This document shows positions 50,041-61,895 of a DNA stretch of 64,000 nt, one piece after another. A program made the translations under genes and the position numbers. The stretch is taken from positions 2,480,001 to 2,544,000 of the forward strand of contig CM074808.1 of NCBI GenBank assembly GCA_037447605.1. The letters run 5' to 3'. The DNA is from Zygnema circumcarinatum SAG 698-1b (lineage: Eukaryota; Plantae; Zygnematophyceae). The notes under the pieces were generated by a model. The model was not told the origin of the DNA. It saw only the letters and a list, made by a program, of their open reading frames with translations, and did no database searches. Within the stretch, counting starts at the first letter, position 1; the number at the start of each line of letters is the position of its first letter.

Positions 50041-50275
50041 CGTTGGATGTCCGCAATTCTGTCGGTGCGTCCGCGTAGTGCCTCCGTACGGACGGGCGTA
50101 CGGGATCGTTTTCAGCTCGGTCACTTGGTACGGAATGGTACCAAACCGTACGGCACGTCGCGATGGTTAGCAAGCGCGGATGTACGGACAGCACGCGGCG
50201 GCGAGCGACCAAGGGTGGAGGGGGGGAGTGGGGAAGGGGAAAGAGGCCTGGCTGGAACAGCTGAGCGGGGCAGCC

Positions 50276-53200
50276 ATGGCCGTGCGCCTCTCCAAGGCCA
50301 AGAAGAACTTCCGCGTCGTGCAGGCGGCGGCGGATGCGCACCTCGAGTTCAACTTCGAGCAGCGCGCCAGAGAGGGCGCCCCCGGGAAATGGGATTATTT
50401 GAACTCTGTGGTGGAGCAGACGCGCCTGGCACACAAGGGGGTGGGTCGTTTCGCCTTGCTCTGTGCTCTGCCTCTGAAAGGAAGAGGGTGACTGCTGCCT
50501 ATCTCCTGCATGATCAGCGTGACAATTTTCAGTCCTCTCAAGATCGCAAGCAGAGGTTCCAAGACTTAGGTTCGGACGTGGATGAGCGCACGGCTGATTG
50601 AGGATATTGGTCGGGAACCTTTCAAAACGTAGAGGCTGCACAGCTTGCAAGGCGATGTTTTTCCATGTCCTTCAGGTCAACGTAGCGCAAGCAAGCAATT
50701 CTTGCATTGGTGTGCGTTTTTGCAGGACCTGGCTGCTGGGAAAGGAACAGGGCAGGATGAGAATGGTGTGGACGTCCACGCGTATCTGCACCATGTGCAG
50801 CGGCCTGGATTCATCCAACCCTTTGGGACTTTAGTCCTTGTGAACGAGAAGACATTGCAGGCAAGCGCTGCCCTGTGTTTTCCAAATTTAAACAAGATAG
50901 GCTGCATTCCTTACAGAGGCTTCAGATAACGCAAACATTCCTTTTAGGGCCTCGGTTTTGGAAGACCTACTGCGAGATAACTTTCTCAAGTAGCACACTA
51001 TACCTGTTGAAAAAGGGGACGAGCAACTTTAAAACTGCTCATGCGATAGTTCTGAACAGTTTCTTGCAGCTTCATTTCATTAAGAAACTAGGATTAGCGC
51101 CTCTAAAGGCCTCATGGAAGGGCTCGGCTGTGTTTACAGGTGCGGGCAGTTGCTGAGAATGCCTGGGACTACTTGGATAAGGAGGCTGATGAAGAGACAG
51201 CACATGAAATTTTAGGCAGAGATATCCGTCAAATGTTTACTCCGGAGGTAACATCACTTCCGAACCTCCTACTTTCGGCGGTCTTTTCGTGTGAATCCGT
51301 GAAGTAGAAGCTTCAAACGAAGTCCAGATTGCACTGAAGTTCACTTGCTGACACGTTTCTCCCTCGGCGAGACAGAGCATGGAGGACATGGAACAGAGTC
51401 TACAATGCTCAGATTTGAGTCTTGCGAACCCAGTAGCTGTTTATACCGCAAAAACAGGTAAGTGCGGGCGCAACTGAGCGCAAACTACGTCATTCAGCCT
51501 TTTGAAACTGTTTCCGAATGTTCAGTCGGTCAATTGTTGCGGACAAAGTGCAGTGTCTCAGTTAAATACTTCTGGCAATCTGTGTTGTCATACAGGGCGA
51601 GCTTTGTATGCAATCCTCCATAGAATTGACGAAGGAATAGTAATCGACTTGGAACCTCAGTGGGATGACGGTGAGTGATTTGTCCACACCAACAACCCTG
51701 TTAAAACATTTATTGGCTTGTTCCGACGCATCCGCAACTTCTCATTTGTTACTTTATGGGTCTTTTATTTCAAGAGTAATCTTGACAGCGTTGTTCGGCT
51801 GCAGAGGCTCGAGGAGCTGAAACGAAAGTCTTGGATAAGCACGATCGAGCATCGGCAAGCATTGCAAAGCTGCAGGGCTGCAATGACATGACTGACCTCT
51901 GCGATACTCTCGTGCAAGTGCGCATATTCGTCATGCCCTTGCCTAGATAGTTCAGATGTTTCGGTTCTTTTGCGGACGTCAGAGAGTGCTGCCTTACAGA
52001 AGGCTCATTCCGATGGCATAGTTCGGTGAAAGTTGTATCACTACAATTGCTTCTGTACGGAGGCAAAGTAGATGATGTTAAACAGGTTGAAGTCAGCATT
52101 GGACTTACCTTGTCTTGGAGTTATTTGGGATATGTTGTTGTTTCCAGGAAGTGAAGGCATTGACTGGCTATGATCGCATTATGCTCTACAGGTTCCATGA
52201 GGATCAACATGGAGAGGTCAGTTGGCCTTCAATCGCTAAATATTCGCGATGTGGGCTTGGGTGCGCTAAAACCCAATCATCCGCATTTTTCGTCCCGTAG
52301 CTGCCTACTCCAGACCTATTTTGCGAACTCGTTGGGATGGAGCCAGTTACAGATAGAATGCTCCATCGCCTTCCGGGTGCAAGCCTCTGGAATGGAGCTA
52401 TGGCAGACTGCATTGAAGCTGTTGGGATCGCGTCTTCCGCGGAGTCTAGAGTAGTGGAATCTTAGACGGAGATGAAGCTCAAGATGCATATGTTTGGTGA
52501 AGTCGAGATTCAAACGTATTTGCAGCATCATCCGTGAATTGCACTTGGATCTCAGACTGCTAATTGAGAGGAATGATTCGGAGAGGCTGCAGCTAATCGA
52601 CTTACTAAAGCATGCTGCAGAAGCTTGATTGGTTCAATCAGTTGGTGATTGTCATATACTGCAAGAAACTGCGAACCACTTCGCTTCCTTAGGTGTTTTC
52701 GCTGTCGTTTGTCGTCCTCGTTCAGGTTATTGCAGAAGCAAAAGAAGACTCTTTAGCTCCTCTTCTCGGTCTTCACTTTCCAGCAAACGATGTCCCTCAG
52801 GTACGTTCTTCCTGTATGCAGCTTGTGAGCTATAAGTCCTGGCTGGTGGGGCAGCCGTAGAGAAGGGCTTGATCATGGCATGACTAACTGTCCAATCTCC
52901 ATATGGAATGGTGCCGCAGGCAAACAGACAGTTGTTTGTGGATGTGCGGCTGAGGATGATTGCCGACACCCACGCTGGCAATGTTAACATCATCCAGGAT
53001 CCCCTTCTTGAGAATCCTATTCCTCTTTCAAAATCGACATTGCGAGGTCAGTCTTCACTTGTGCTGGTTTCAAGTCTGCTTGTGGATGATCCTCCCTCCC
53101 TCCCTCTTTCCCTCCCTCTTTCCCTCCCTCCCTCCACCCTCCCTCCCTCCCCTCCCTCCCTCCCTCCTCCCTCCCTCCCTCCTCCCTCCCTCCCTCCCTC

Positions 53201-56200
53201 CCTCCTCCCTCCTCCCTCCCTCCTCCACCCTCCTCCCTCCCTCCCTCCCTCCCTCCTCCCTCCCTCCCTCCCTCCTCCCTCCCTCCCTCCTCCCTCCCTC
53301 CCTCCCTCCCTCCTCCCTCCCTCCCTCCCTCCCTCCCTCCCTCCCTCCCTCCTCCCTCCCTCCCACCCTCCCTCCCTCCCTCCCTCCCTCCCTCCCTCCT
53401 CCTCCCTCCTCCTCCTCCCTCCCTCCTCCCTCCCAACCTCCCTCCCTCCCTCCCTCCCTCCCTCCCTCCCTCCCTCCCTCCCTCCCTCCCTCCCTCCCTC
53501 CTTCCCTCCCTCCCCTCCCTCCCTCCCTCCCTCCCTCCTCCCTCCCTCCTCCCTCCCTCCCTCCCTCCTCCCTCCCTCCCTCCCTCCCTCCCTCCCTCCC
53601 TCCCTCCCTCCTCCTCCCTCCTCCCTCCCTCCCTCCCTCCCTCCCTCCCTCCCTCCCTCCCTCCCTCCCTCCCTCCCTCCCTCCCTCCCTCCCTCCCTCC
53701 CTCTCCCTCCCTCCCTCCCTCCCTCCCTCCCTCCCTCCTCCCTCCCTCCCTCCCTCTCCTCCCTCCTCCCTCCCTCCCTCCCTCCCTCCCTCCCTCCCTC
53801 CCTCCCTCCCTCCCTCCCTCCCTCCTTCCCTCCCTCCCTCCTCCCTCCCTCCCTCCCTCCCTCCCTCCCTCCCTCCCTCCCTCCCTCCCTCCCTCCCTCC
53901 CTCTCCCTCCCTCCCCTCCCTTCCCTCCCTCCCTCCCTCCCTCCCTCCCTCCCTCCCCTCCCTCCCTCCCTCCCTCCCTCCCTCCCTCCCCTCCCTCCCT
54001 CCCTCCCCTCCCTCCCTCCCTCCCTCCCTCCCTCCCTCCCTCCCTCCCTCCTTCCCTCCCTCCCCTCCCTCCCTCCCTCCCTCCCTCCCTCCCCTCCCTC
54101 CCCTCCCTCCCCTCCCTCCCCTCCCTCCCCTCCCTCCCTCCCTCCCTCCCTCCCCTCCCTCCCCTCCCTCCCTCCCTCCCTCCCTCCCTCCCTCCCTCCC
54201 TCCCCTCCCTCCCCTCCCTCCCCTCCCTCCCTCCCTCCCTCCCTCCCTCCCTCCCCTCCCTCCCTCCCTCCCTCCCTCCCTTTCAAAGATTTTGAGTCGC
54301 CCAAATGAGTTGCCGCGTACAGGCGTGGCGGGTTGCCACAAGGAGTACAGTAAGAACCTTGGTTGCCAGGGCACCCTGGTTATGGCCGTCGTGGTGACGG
54401 TGGACCCCCAGCGCGCCCGCCATCTGTGGGGGCTCGTGTGCTGCCACCACCACTCCGGCCCGCGGGTCATCTCCTACCCGCAGCGCTGCGCCTGCGACTT
54501 CCTCATCCAAGCCTTCGCCCTGCAGCTGGCCATGGAGATGGAGGCAGCAGAGGAGGCTCGGGAGAAGCGGGTGCTGCACATGCAAGCGGTGCTCTGCGGG
54601 ATGCTGACCCGCGATGCTCCTCTTGGGCTGATCCGCCAGAGCCCAAACATACAGGACCTGGTAGCTGCCTCGCTTCCGCCTGCTTTCTTATCGTCCCATT
54701 TCCTGCAGGTGCAGGCTGTTGAACGAAGACTTTCTGGCAAAATTAACGAAAACCGGGTGTTGTGATGCGGTAATCGCAGGTTCCCGCTGACGGGGCCGTT
54801 CTGCTGCATGCTGGAAGAGCTTGGACTTTGGGATGTGCACCGTCTGAGGAGCAGGTTAGCCGACTCCCCCCTATCTGTTGACTTTTGGCTAGCTGCCATG
54901 GAAGAGGCGGACTGTGGGGAGGTTCAGTTTGGACTGAGTGGGAGGAGATGGGCTGTGGGCCGTGGGGCTCAGATTCCTGCCTTGGCTCAATGGCTGGTGG
55001 AGACGGAAGGGGAGCTTCTTTCTCAAGGCGTGTTTGTCGTGAATAGTTTGGAAGCGGCAGGCTATCCCGGGGCCGCTGCGCTTGCTCCGGGAGTGTGCGG
55101 GCTGGCGGCAGCCATGGTTTCGAATGGCGGTGATTTGCTCATGTGGTTTCGTTCGGGTAGGTTTCGATCATTCTCGAGGGACAAATTGGGGTCCTAGTTT
55201 TGTTTGTTTTAAGGTCTTTTCATTGTGACCGTACCATTTCTCAATCTTGGGGATGGACTCGTGTGTGCAGGAATGTCCAAAATGATCAAGTGGGCTGGGC
55301 ATAGGGCCACACACACAGTGAAAGAGGGGGCCAACATGCATCCTCGCATGTCGTTTGATGCATATTTGGAGGTGGCGAAGCTGCAGAGCCTCCCTTGGGA
55401 GGATGCTGAAGTGAGAACTGTTTGCACGCGTCAAACACCCACTTCCTTTCCTGCCTTTTGACGCTCTTTTGCATGGAACTCTCGCCCCTTTCTAGTGTGT
55501 TTTGCAGAATTTTCACCACAGGAAGTGGACTTATCAGAGCTCGGTGTGGCCGGGCTTGCAGGTGGATGCCATGCAGGGCTTGAAACTCATAGTTCGCGAT
55601 TCTCTCCCGGAGAAGGGTCCGCAAGAACTTCGGCTTAAAATTCAGGTTCAAAACTGCTTCCTCCTTAATCTATGAACTATTCGGATTTTTACTGTTGCTG
55701 CACAGTCTGTCTGCCTTCTTGCTTATCCAACATTGTTGCGTCGTTGGGACAGACGCGGCTGAATGCGGAACGTCTCCGCATTCAGAATCAGGTGACGCAA
55801 GTTGCCCGCAGCCTCCAAGTAGAGCTTGAGTCTGCCCGTGTACCCATCATCGGCCTTTGGGGCTCTGGAGTGGTGTCGGAATGGAATGGAAAAGTGGCAG
55901 AGCTCACCAAGCGGTCCAAGGTATGCCATGTCCAACTTGTCAACTTGAAGCTCTCTCATTCAACCTTCAACAAATAGGCAGTCGGTCAAACTTGAAATCA
56001 TGTCCATCCCAATGTTCTACACGCTTTGACTCAGTCTGCACCATACTTGTGTCAGAACGAAGTGATGGGGCTGAGCTTCCCTATGGACCTGCTAGTAGAC
56101 GAGTCGAGAGCGGCGTTTGCGAAAGCCATGGAGGTGGTGGCGGGGGGAGAGGAGGTAGAGCCCATAGAGCTCTGCCTTAGCGCTCGGCACCGCCCAGACG

Positions 56201-59200
56201 GGCCTCTAGACAGGCGGGTGCATGTAGTGGCCAGCCTCTACGGGCACCACGATACGCACGGAAACCTCATTGGGGTCCGCATGGTCGGTCAGGACATCAC
56301 CGCTCTCAAGGTCCTCAGTGGAGAGGTGCGCTGCCTGCCTGCCCGTATGGGGGACATCTCCTTTCTTTTGCAGCTTGAGCTCGTTTGGGAAGGGAATTGC
56401 TGCAGAGACTATGTAGGAGCAGGGGGGCGGGGAAATTGACTGCAGGGGTTTTGGGATAAGCAGTACATTGTTGCCCCGGAGGAGGCACGCGCTACACTGG
56501 ACAGGTCAGACATGCTCGTCTTTGCGGTGGATGAGGGAGGCCGTGTGACAGAGTGGAATGCAGCAATGGAACTACTAAGTGGACTCCCACGCGAGCGTGT
56601 GCTCAGCAGAAGACTGTTGGGTGATATCCTCAGCAGCTCGCCCGTGCTGGTCGTGCCAGACCCGGTACTGCCCTGCTTTTCTCCTCTCCGCCTGCCTCTC
56701 TAAGAGATTGGCAGAACTTTTCTCGATGTTTGAATCAGTAGGCTTCCCTTTGATTTGTGCGAGGAATCGGTGGGAGAGCTGACAACTGCATTGCGTATAT
56801 GCCCTAGTGTGGGGAGAATGCGGGATGGAGACTGGCAACGAGAATAAGCGGAGATGGCAGAGAGTGAAAGTGTCTCTGACGGGGGGGCGGGGCTGATTGC
56901 CGGGCGGCCCGGGGGGCCCAGCAGGACTCACTGGTGCTTTTTGAGATCGCCCTCTGCCAGGCCCTTAATGGTCAGGACACGCGAAACCACGAGTTCCACT
57001 TTCACACGTGGGATGGCAAGCAGATGGACACACTCATGCATATTATGACAAGGTCTTTCCCTCGTCCTTTCTTTCTGCATCTGCCTCTCGCTTCCCCTAT
57101 GCTTGTGCGGAGTACGAGAAGGAGTTGGGAATCATAAGTACCTTGGTCTCTAAAGCAAATGGCCATGATTAGAGTTTTTCAGTTTATTAGAACCAGTCAA
57201 GTTGAAGACCCCAGTATTTTTATTGTAAGCGAGATCCTTGCGGCTTGAGTGAGATTTCGGAAACCGGTGACTCAATTCCATTAAACTGATAGGAAAAGGA
57301 GGAAGGGAAGTAAGGGTAAGAAGTTGAACGTTTGATCCATGAATAGCATTGAAGACAATGTCAACCACCTAAACTCTCCTCCCCCTCCCCCCGCCCCCTT
57401 TCCCCAAAGTTGGACACTTCACCGTTTGGTACACGCACTGGCTGATGGGCTTGCTGAACTGCTTCTTGAAACTATCTAATATCCCAATGCCTCTTCAAAC
57501 GCTCCCTTTCGCATGCAGCACCCAGTTTCTCTTCTGCAGTCAGTCTGCAGTGTTTCACACGTGTATGGCCTTACACGGACTCTATGCCAATCTCTGTCAC
57601 TTACGGGACACACCTCCCCCATCAGACCGGATCAAACAATCTGTGCAGAAACTGAAAAGTTCTTGTACGAAGTGCAGCGCTGCCATTGACTATGTTACCG
57701 GCTTGCTGCCTTGCAGAAAGGGTCCCGATGGCGAGCCCATCGGTGCCACCTGCTTCATGCAGGACATGATGGAGCGGCGAGCAGCGGAGAATGCATCGGC
57801 GGTACGGATGGTAGCGGAGGCTGCCTCACAGGCCAAGACCATGCAGCTCGCCTGCCTCTGCCATGAGGTCAGCTCTCCCTCTCCCGTACCGGCATGCTCG
57901 CAATGATGAAACGGGTTACATTGTTGCTTCGTAGTGCTGAGTGGTCTTATATGTTGGTGAATAGATGTTGGAGTCTCGGTGGGCTTCAAGTGCTGGGCTG
58001 ATTTCAGGGAAGGAAATGGTGAATCTTTGCAGATTCGGAATCCGCTGAATGGCATCTTGAGCAGCATTAGCTTCATGCAAGATACCGATATGACTCCAGA
58101 ACAGCGAGACCTTGTGGTGACAACTGCTTCGTGTGGGTACGTGCGAAGATAAGGCTAATCCCTCCAGGGTAGAAGAAACTGTAACAGGTTTACATGTTCA
58201 CATGTTCAGGCCACACATTTAAGTATGGAGGTATTGTTGAGGTGAAGAATGCATAAATCCTTGTGTTGCAGTCAGTGAGTATGTCGTGCGAGTTTTCAGC
58301 ATTATGACAGAGGCAGTGGATGATGGGAGACCTGATAAAGGGTGTGATATGCGGTGCAGGAATTATTTACGGCGAGTTGTAGATGATGTTCTGGACCTGA
58401 GCAAAATCGAAGAAGGCAAGCTGGAGATTGAGAACGAGTCATTTTCGTTAATGCAAGTCATGGATGCGGTGGTCTCGCAGGTGAGCAGCGGACCAATTTT
58501 TTGGTCTTTTTGCAGGTCTTTAAACTCATTACGGAGCCGAACATGAGCAAAACTCATAATACTATCGGTATCCAAGATGTACTTCAAACCCCATTCCCGT
58601 TGATTCTCTGACACATAGCGGATATGCAACTTAATCCAAGGCATGTTGCACTTTGTATGTTGCTAGTTGAGAACGGCTTCTTTAGCTATCGAACGAAACT
58701 GAACATTGAACAACGTGCCTTTTCGAATCTGCAGGAGGCCCCCAACGCATTTGAGAAGGGTTTGCGGCTGTACTGCACCATAGACCCTGCTTGTCTCGGT
58801 GTGGGAGTGAAGGGTGACAGACTCCGTGTTCAGCAGATTGTGGCCAATTTTGCAAGAAACGCAGTGGAGTACACCTCCTCGGGATGGGTGGAGGTCAAGC
58901 TCAAAGCTGAACCCTCCTCCCTTTTGCAGAACTTCCGCTTTGTTTTCAAAGTCTCCGACACAGGAAAGGGCATTTCGCCCTCCCAATTGGGAGCCGTGTT
59001 CTCTGTGCCAGAAAGCCCGGAGACACCACCCGAGGCGCAAACTTCAAGGTGAGCTCCTCTTGCTCTGCCCACCATGAGTGTTTCCCTATGACAACCCATG
59101 TTTTGTTTCTTCCTCAACTTCACCGTTGCCAGATTAAAAATATCTGGGAGCTGGGAAAATCAAGGCAAATTTGGTGATACACACAGCATGTCCGTACTGT

Positions 59201-60051
59201 TCCAATACATTCTTATTGAATAAGGATGTAGTTCTATCTTACATAACGATCACAACTCAGCTAACGGTAATTCCTGGGCGAGCCCCCTTTACAAGAACTG
59301 TGGTCTTCTTGTAAATTCCACATCTGACAACGGGCTGTTTTGATCTCCCTCCTGCAGAGATGCCCTTGGAGGTGCAGGACTCGGATTAGTGGTGTGCCGG
59401 AAGCTGGCCTCCCTCATGGGGGGCACCGTCCATTGCACAACCCATGAAGGCAGCGGCTCCTCCTTCTTCCTCGATCTCGAACTGCTGCGAGTGGCTGAAC
59501 CCGAGGATGTGGACGAAGACTTCGAGCACGGGCAGCAGTGGAACAACAGACTGAGAGGGGTTATCTACACCACTGTGGGAGAGTGGAGCAGCGCTGAGGA
59601 GGTAGCTTCTGCAGAGCACGTGAGCCCCACAATGTCGCCCGTTGACGTGCAGGGGGGGGCGAGGACGGAGCAGCCGCCCACTCCCTCTGGAGAGGCAGCC
59701 GCTGAGAGTGCATCAGATGGGATGTGGTTTCCCGCGAGCGGTCTCATGTCAAGTGAGGGCTACGCAGCGGGGGGGCACTTGGAGCAGGCCTTTGGAGGGA
59801 AGTTCTCAGTGCAGGTGCTGAGAGAGATTATCGACTGGCAAGAGGTCGCAGTTCTTGTAGAGGTGGAGGTGATGGACGCTCAGACTGGTGAGAGGAGTAT
59901 GTCAATACAGGAGTGGGGATCGGCGCATCGCGTGGGGTCATTAGGGGAGGAGCTCCGAGCAGCCACTCGAAATGCTGTCATCACCGCAGCAAATTCATTA
60001 TCGGCTATTGAACGTGAAGTTCTGTCGTCTACTTTTCGTTCAACGGGATGA
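50276..60051 (+). CDS. PHY: Phytochrome with intact photosensory core and His-retaining kinase (NTE-PAS-GAF-PHY-PAS-PAS-HisKA-HATPase-novel C-terminus, no REC); PHYX-like by inference
   Basis: Exons 50276-50440, 50726-50860, 51140-51247, 51376-51457, 51596-51670, 51805-51917, 52148-52216, 52726-52800, 52920-53046, 54323-54660, 54780-54854, 54973-55156, 55271-55410, 55562-55645, 55753-55920, 56056-56310, 56446-56664, ~56922-57052, 57717-57867, 58033-58136, 58360-58480, 58735-59048, 59358-60051. Motifs [60 protein letters not shown]. Confidence 0.96.
53091..54281. repeat. ~1.2 kb imperfect (CCCT)n polypyrimidine array inside PHY intron 53047-54322
   Basis: Directly visible; almost exclusively C and T. 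Confidence 0.98.
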
Positions 60052-61895
60052 CTGCAAGTCTTTTTGTGTACAAACTGCCAGAAACCCCTCAAGGATAACT
60101 TATCTACTTGAACCTGCCGCCAATGCAATTGTATTATACGAGAAGGAGAAGTGGCATTCAGTAGTGATAGAGCAGACGTCTGACCCTAATGTCATTTGTA
60201 GCTAGCACGGGCTTGCCTGCCAGTGCAGGCGGAGCAGAGGTCATGTGCACCTCTGTTCACCTGCCTTCTGTAACTGGCGGTTATTTTTGGGATCAGCAAG
60301 CGCGAGCGGCTAGAGACCCCAGACAACGAAGGAGCAAAGTGTAAGCCAGCCCGCAGCATGCTTTTTTATGGCCCCTGCAACCGTGCTGCTTCCTGACTGT
60401 CTGCACACGTCTCAAGCAGTGAGAGGAGGTTAAACGGTTCGCTCTGCACAAATTGCTGGTCAATGCGGCCGCCTGCTGTGGCCAAGACTCCAGCCAGATG
60501 CTCTCATCTCCCTGTGGCTGCCGCTGCCTGAAGTACCCTCTGCACTCTCGCTCCGTGAACTGCCAATAAGGAATCGACAGAGATGACCCTCGGTGAACTG
60601 CAGGTTGTCTCCCTGTCTATTTAGATGCAGGGCATTAATAGAGGGACTGAGACGTCGAAGGTGCGTATGTGAACGTGTTTGCATACAGTGTAGAGCTTGA
60701 GGTAGAAAGCTGGATTCACTTGGATAAGGTGCGTCAAATGTAGAAGTGGTTATTGTCGCTGAAGCCAGTTGGAGCAGCAACGGTAGGAGCTGCATACTTG
60801 CCAAGCTTATATCGTCTCCCTCTCGTTGGAATAAATTGGCAAGTTGCGGTTTTGGAATTGTGAAATTCTGTGTCAGTTTGCAAAGTGGCAAAGTCATGGG
60901 CTTGTTTACGAAAAGTGTAAGGGCCCGTTATAGGTCGTTGGTCTTGGAGCAGGATTTGCCGCTCTGTAGGACTTCAGATTATTTACGCTCGCTTTGCTTC
61001 AAAGTGACTACTTGATCGATGGAGATCACAGAAACGAAAGCAATCCGCCCCATGCTTGCATACGATGTCTGGGTAGAGTAGAGCCACCAGCTTTGTGTCT
61101 GGAATGTGTCGTCTTTATGTTCTCGCACGAGTAAGGAGGGATGTGTTGTGTAACTTGTGTTGCATACAGCAGACTGCTGTCCATGTTGACATAGTGCCCA
61201 TGTAGGAGCATGATGAGTAATTCAATAACAGACATAAATCCAGAGAGTTAGCCACAACTTGACGACAAAATTCGGCTCATCAAGTGAGTTGACGTATGAA
61301 AGTGGTTTAGAGGAATGCGAGAGACAAGACCTGTCAAGCTGGAACTTTTGAAGCACGTGGATTGCCCAATTGAAAGTAGTTCACAACCTTCCGGCTTATC
61401 CCCATGTTAGCGCTATTGACACTCACCAGTAAGGCAATGGCAACCGACCTTGAGTGTAAGCCAGCCATGGCCTCGCTCTCCTTCTAGCCAAGTACCCGAT
61501 GACCCTTTAAACCGAGCACCACCTTCTCTCTTGTAGTCACCCCAACCTTGCCAACTCCCTTGTCCCCTCACCTTTCACGATCCCCCTCCCCTGGGCTACC
61601 ACACGAAGCCCCACGAGCCCCCCCCTCCCCAAAGTATGGAGCATGCGCCCATGCGCCCCAACACCCGTCCTCCGCCCCCTAGCGCCCCCCCCCCCGCCCG
61701 GCGGGGCGGCGCCCCAAAATATCAGCGCCCCCTCCAAGAGCCAATGGTCGCCTCCCCCGTTCCGGACGCGCCGCGTGCGCCACGTGGACTCTCGCACGTG
61801 TTACGGCATCCTCCCATTGGGCAGCGCGGGCTGCGCGTGACATAAATCGACATCAGCTGGATGGGCGGGCGCTTCCCTCTTTCGCCCTCACTTTC

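Noticed and set aside
52908-54765. Long Pro/Ser/Leu-rich and Gly/Arg/Glu-rich ORFs (418-601 aa) suggesting extensin-like proteins
   Set aside because: They arise from the stop-free (CCCT)n tract inside a canonical GT-AG phytochrome intron whose position is shared with the paralogue.
50276-60051. Neochrome (phytochrome-phototropin chimera)
   Set aside because: No LOV GRNCRFLQ motif and no Ser/Thr kinase; the output is a His kinase.
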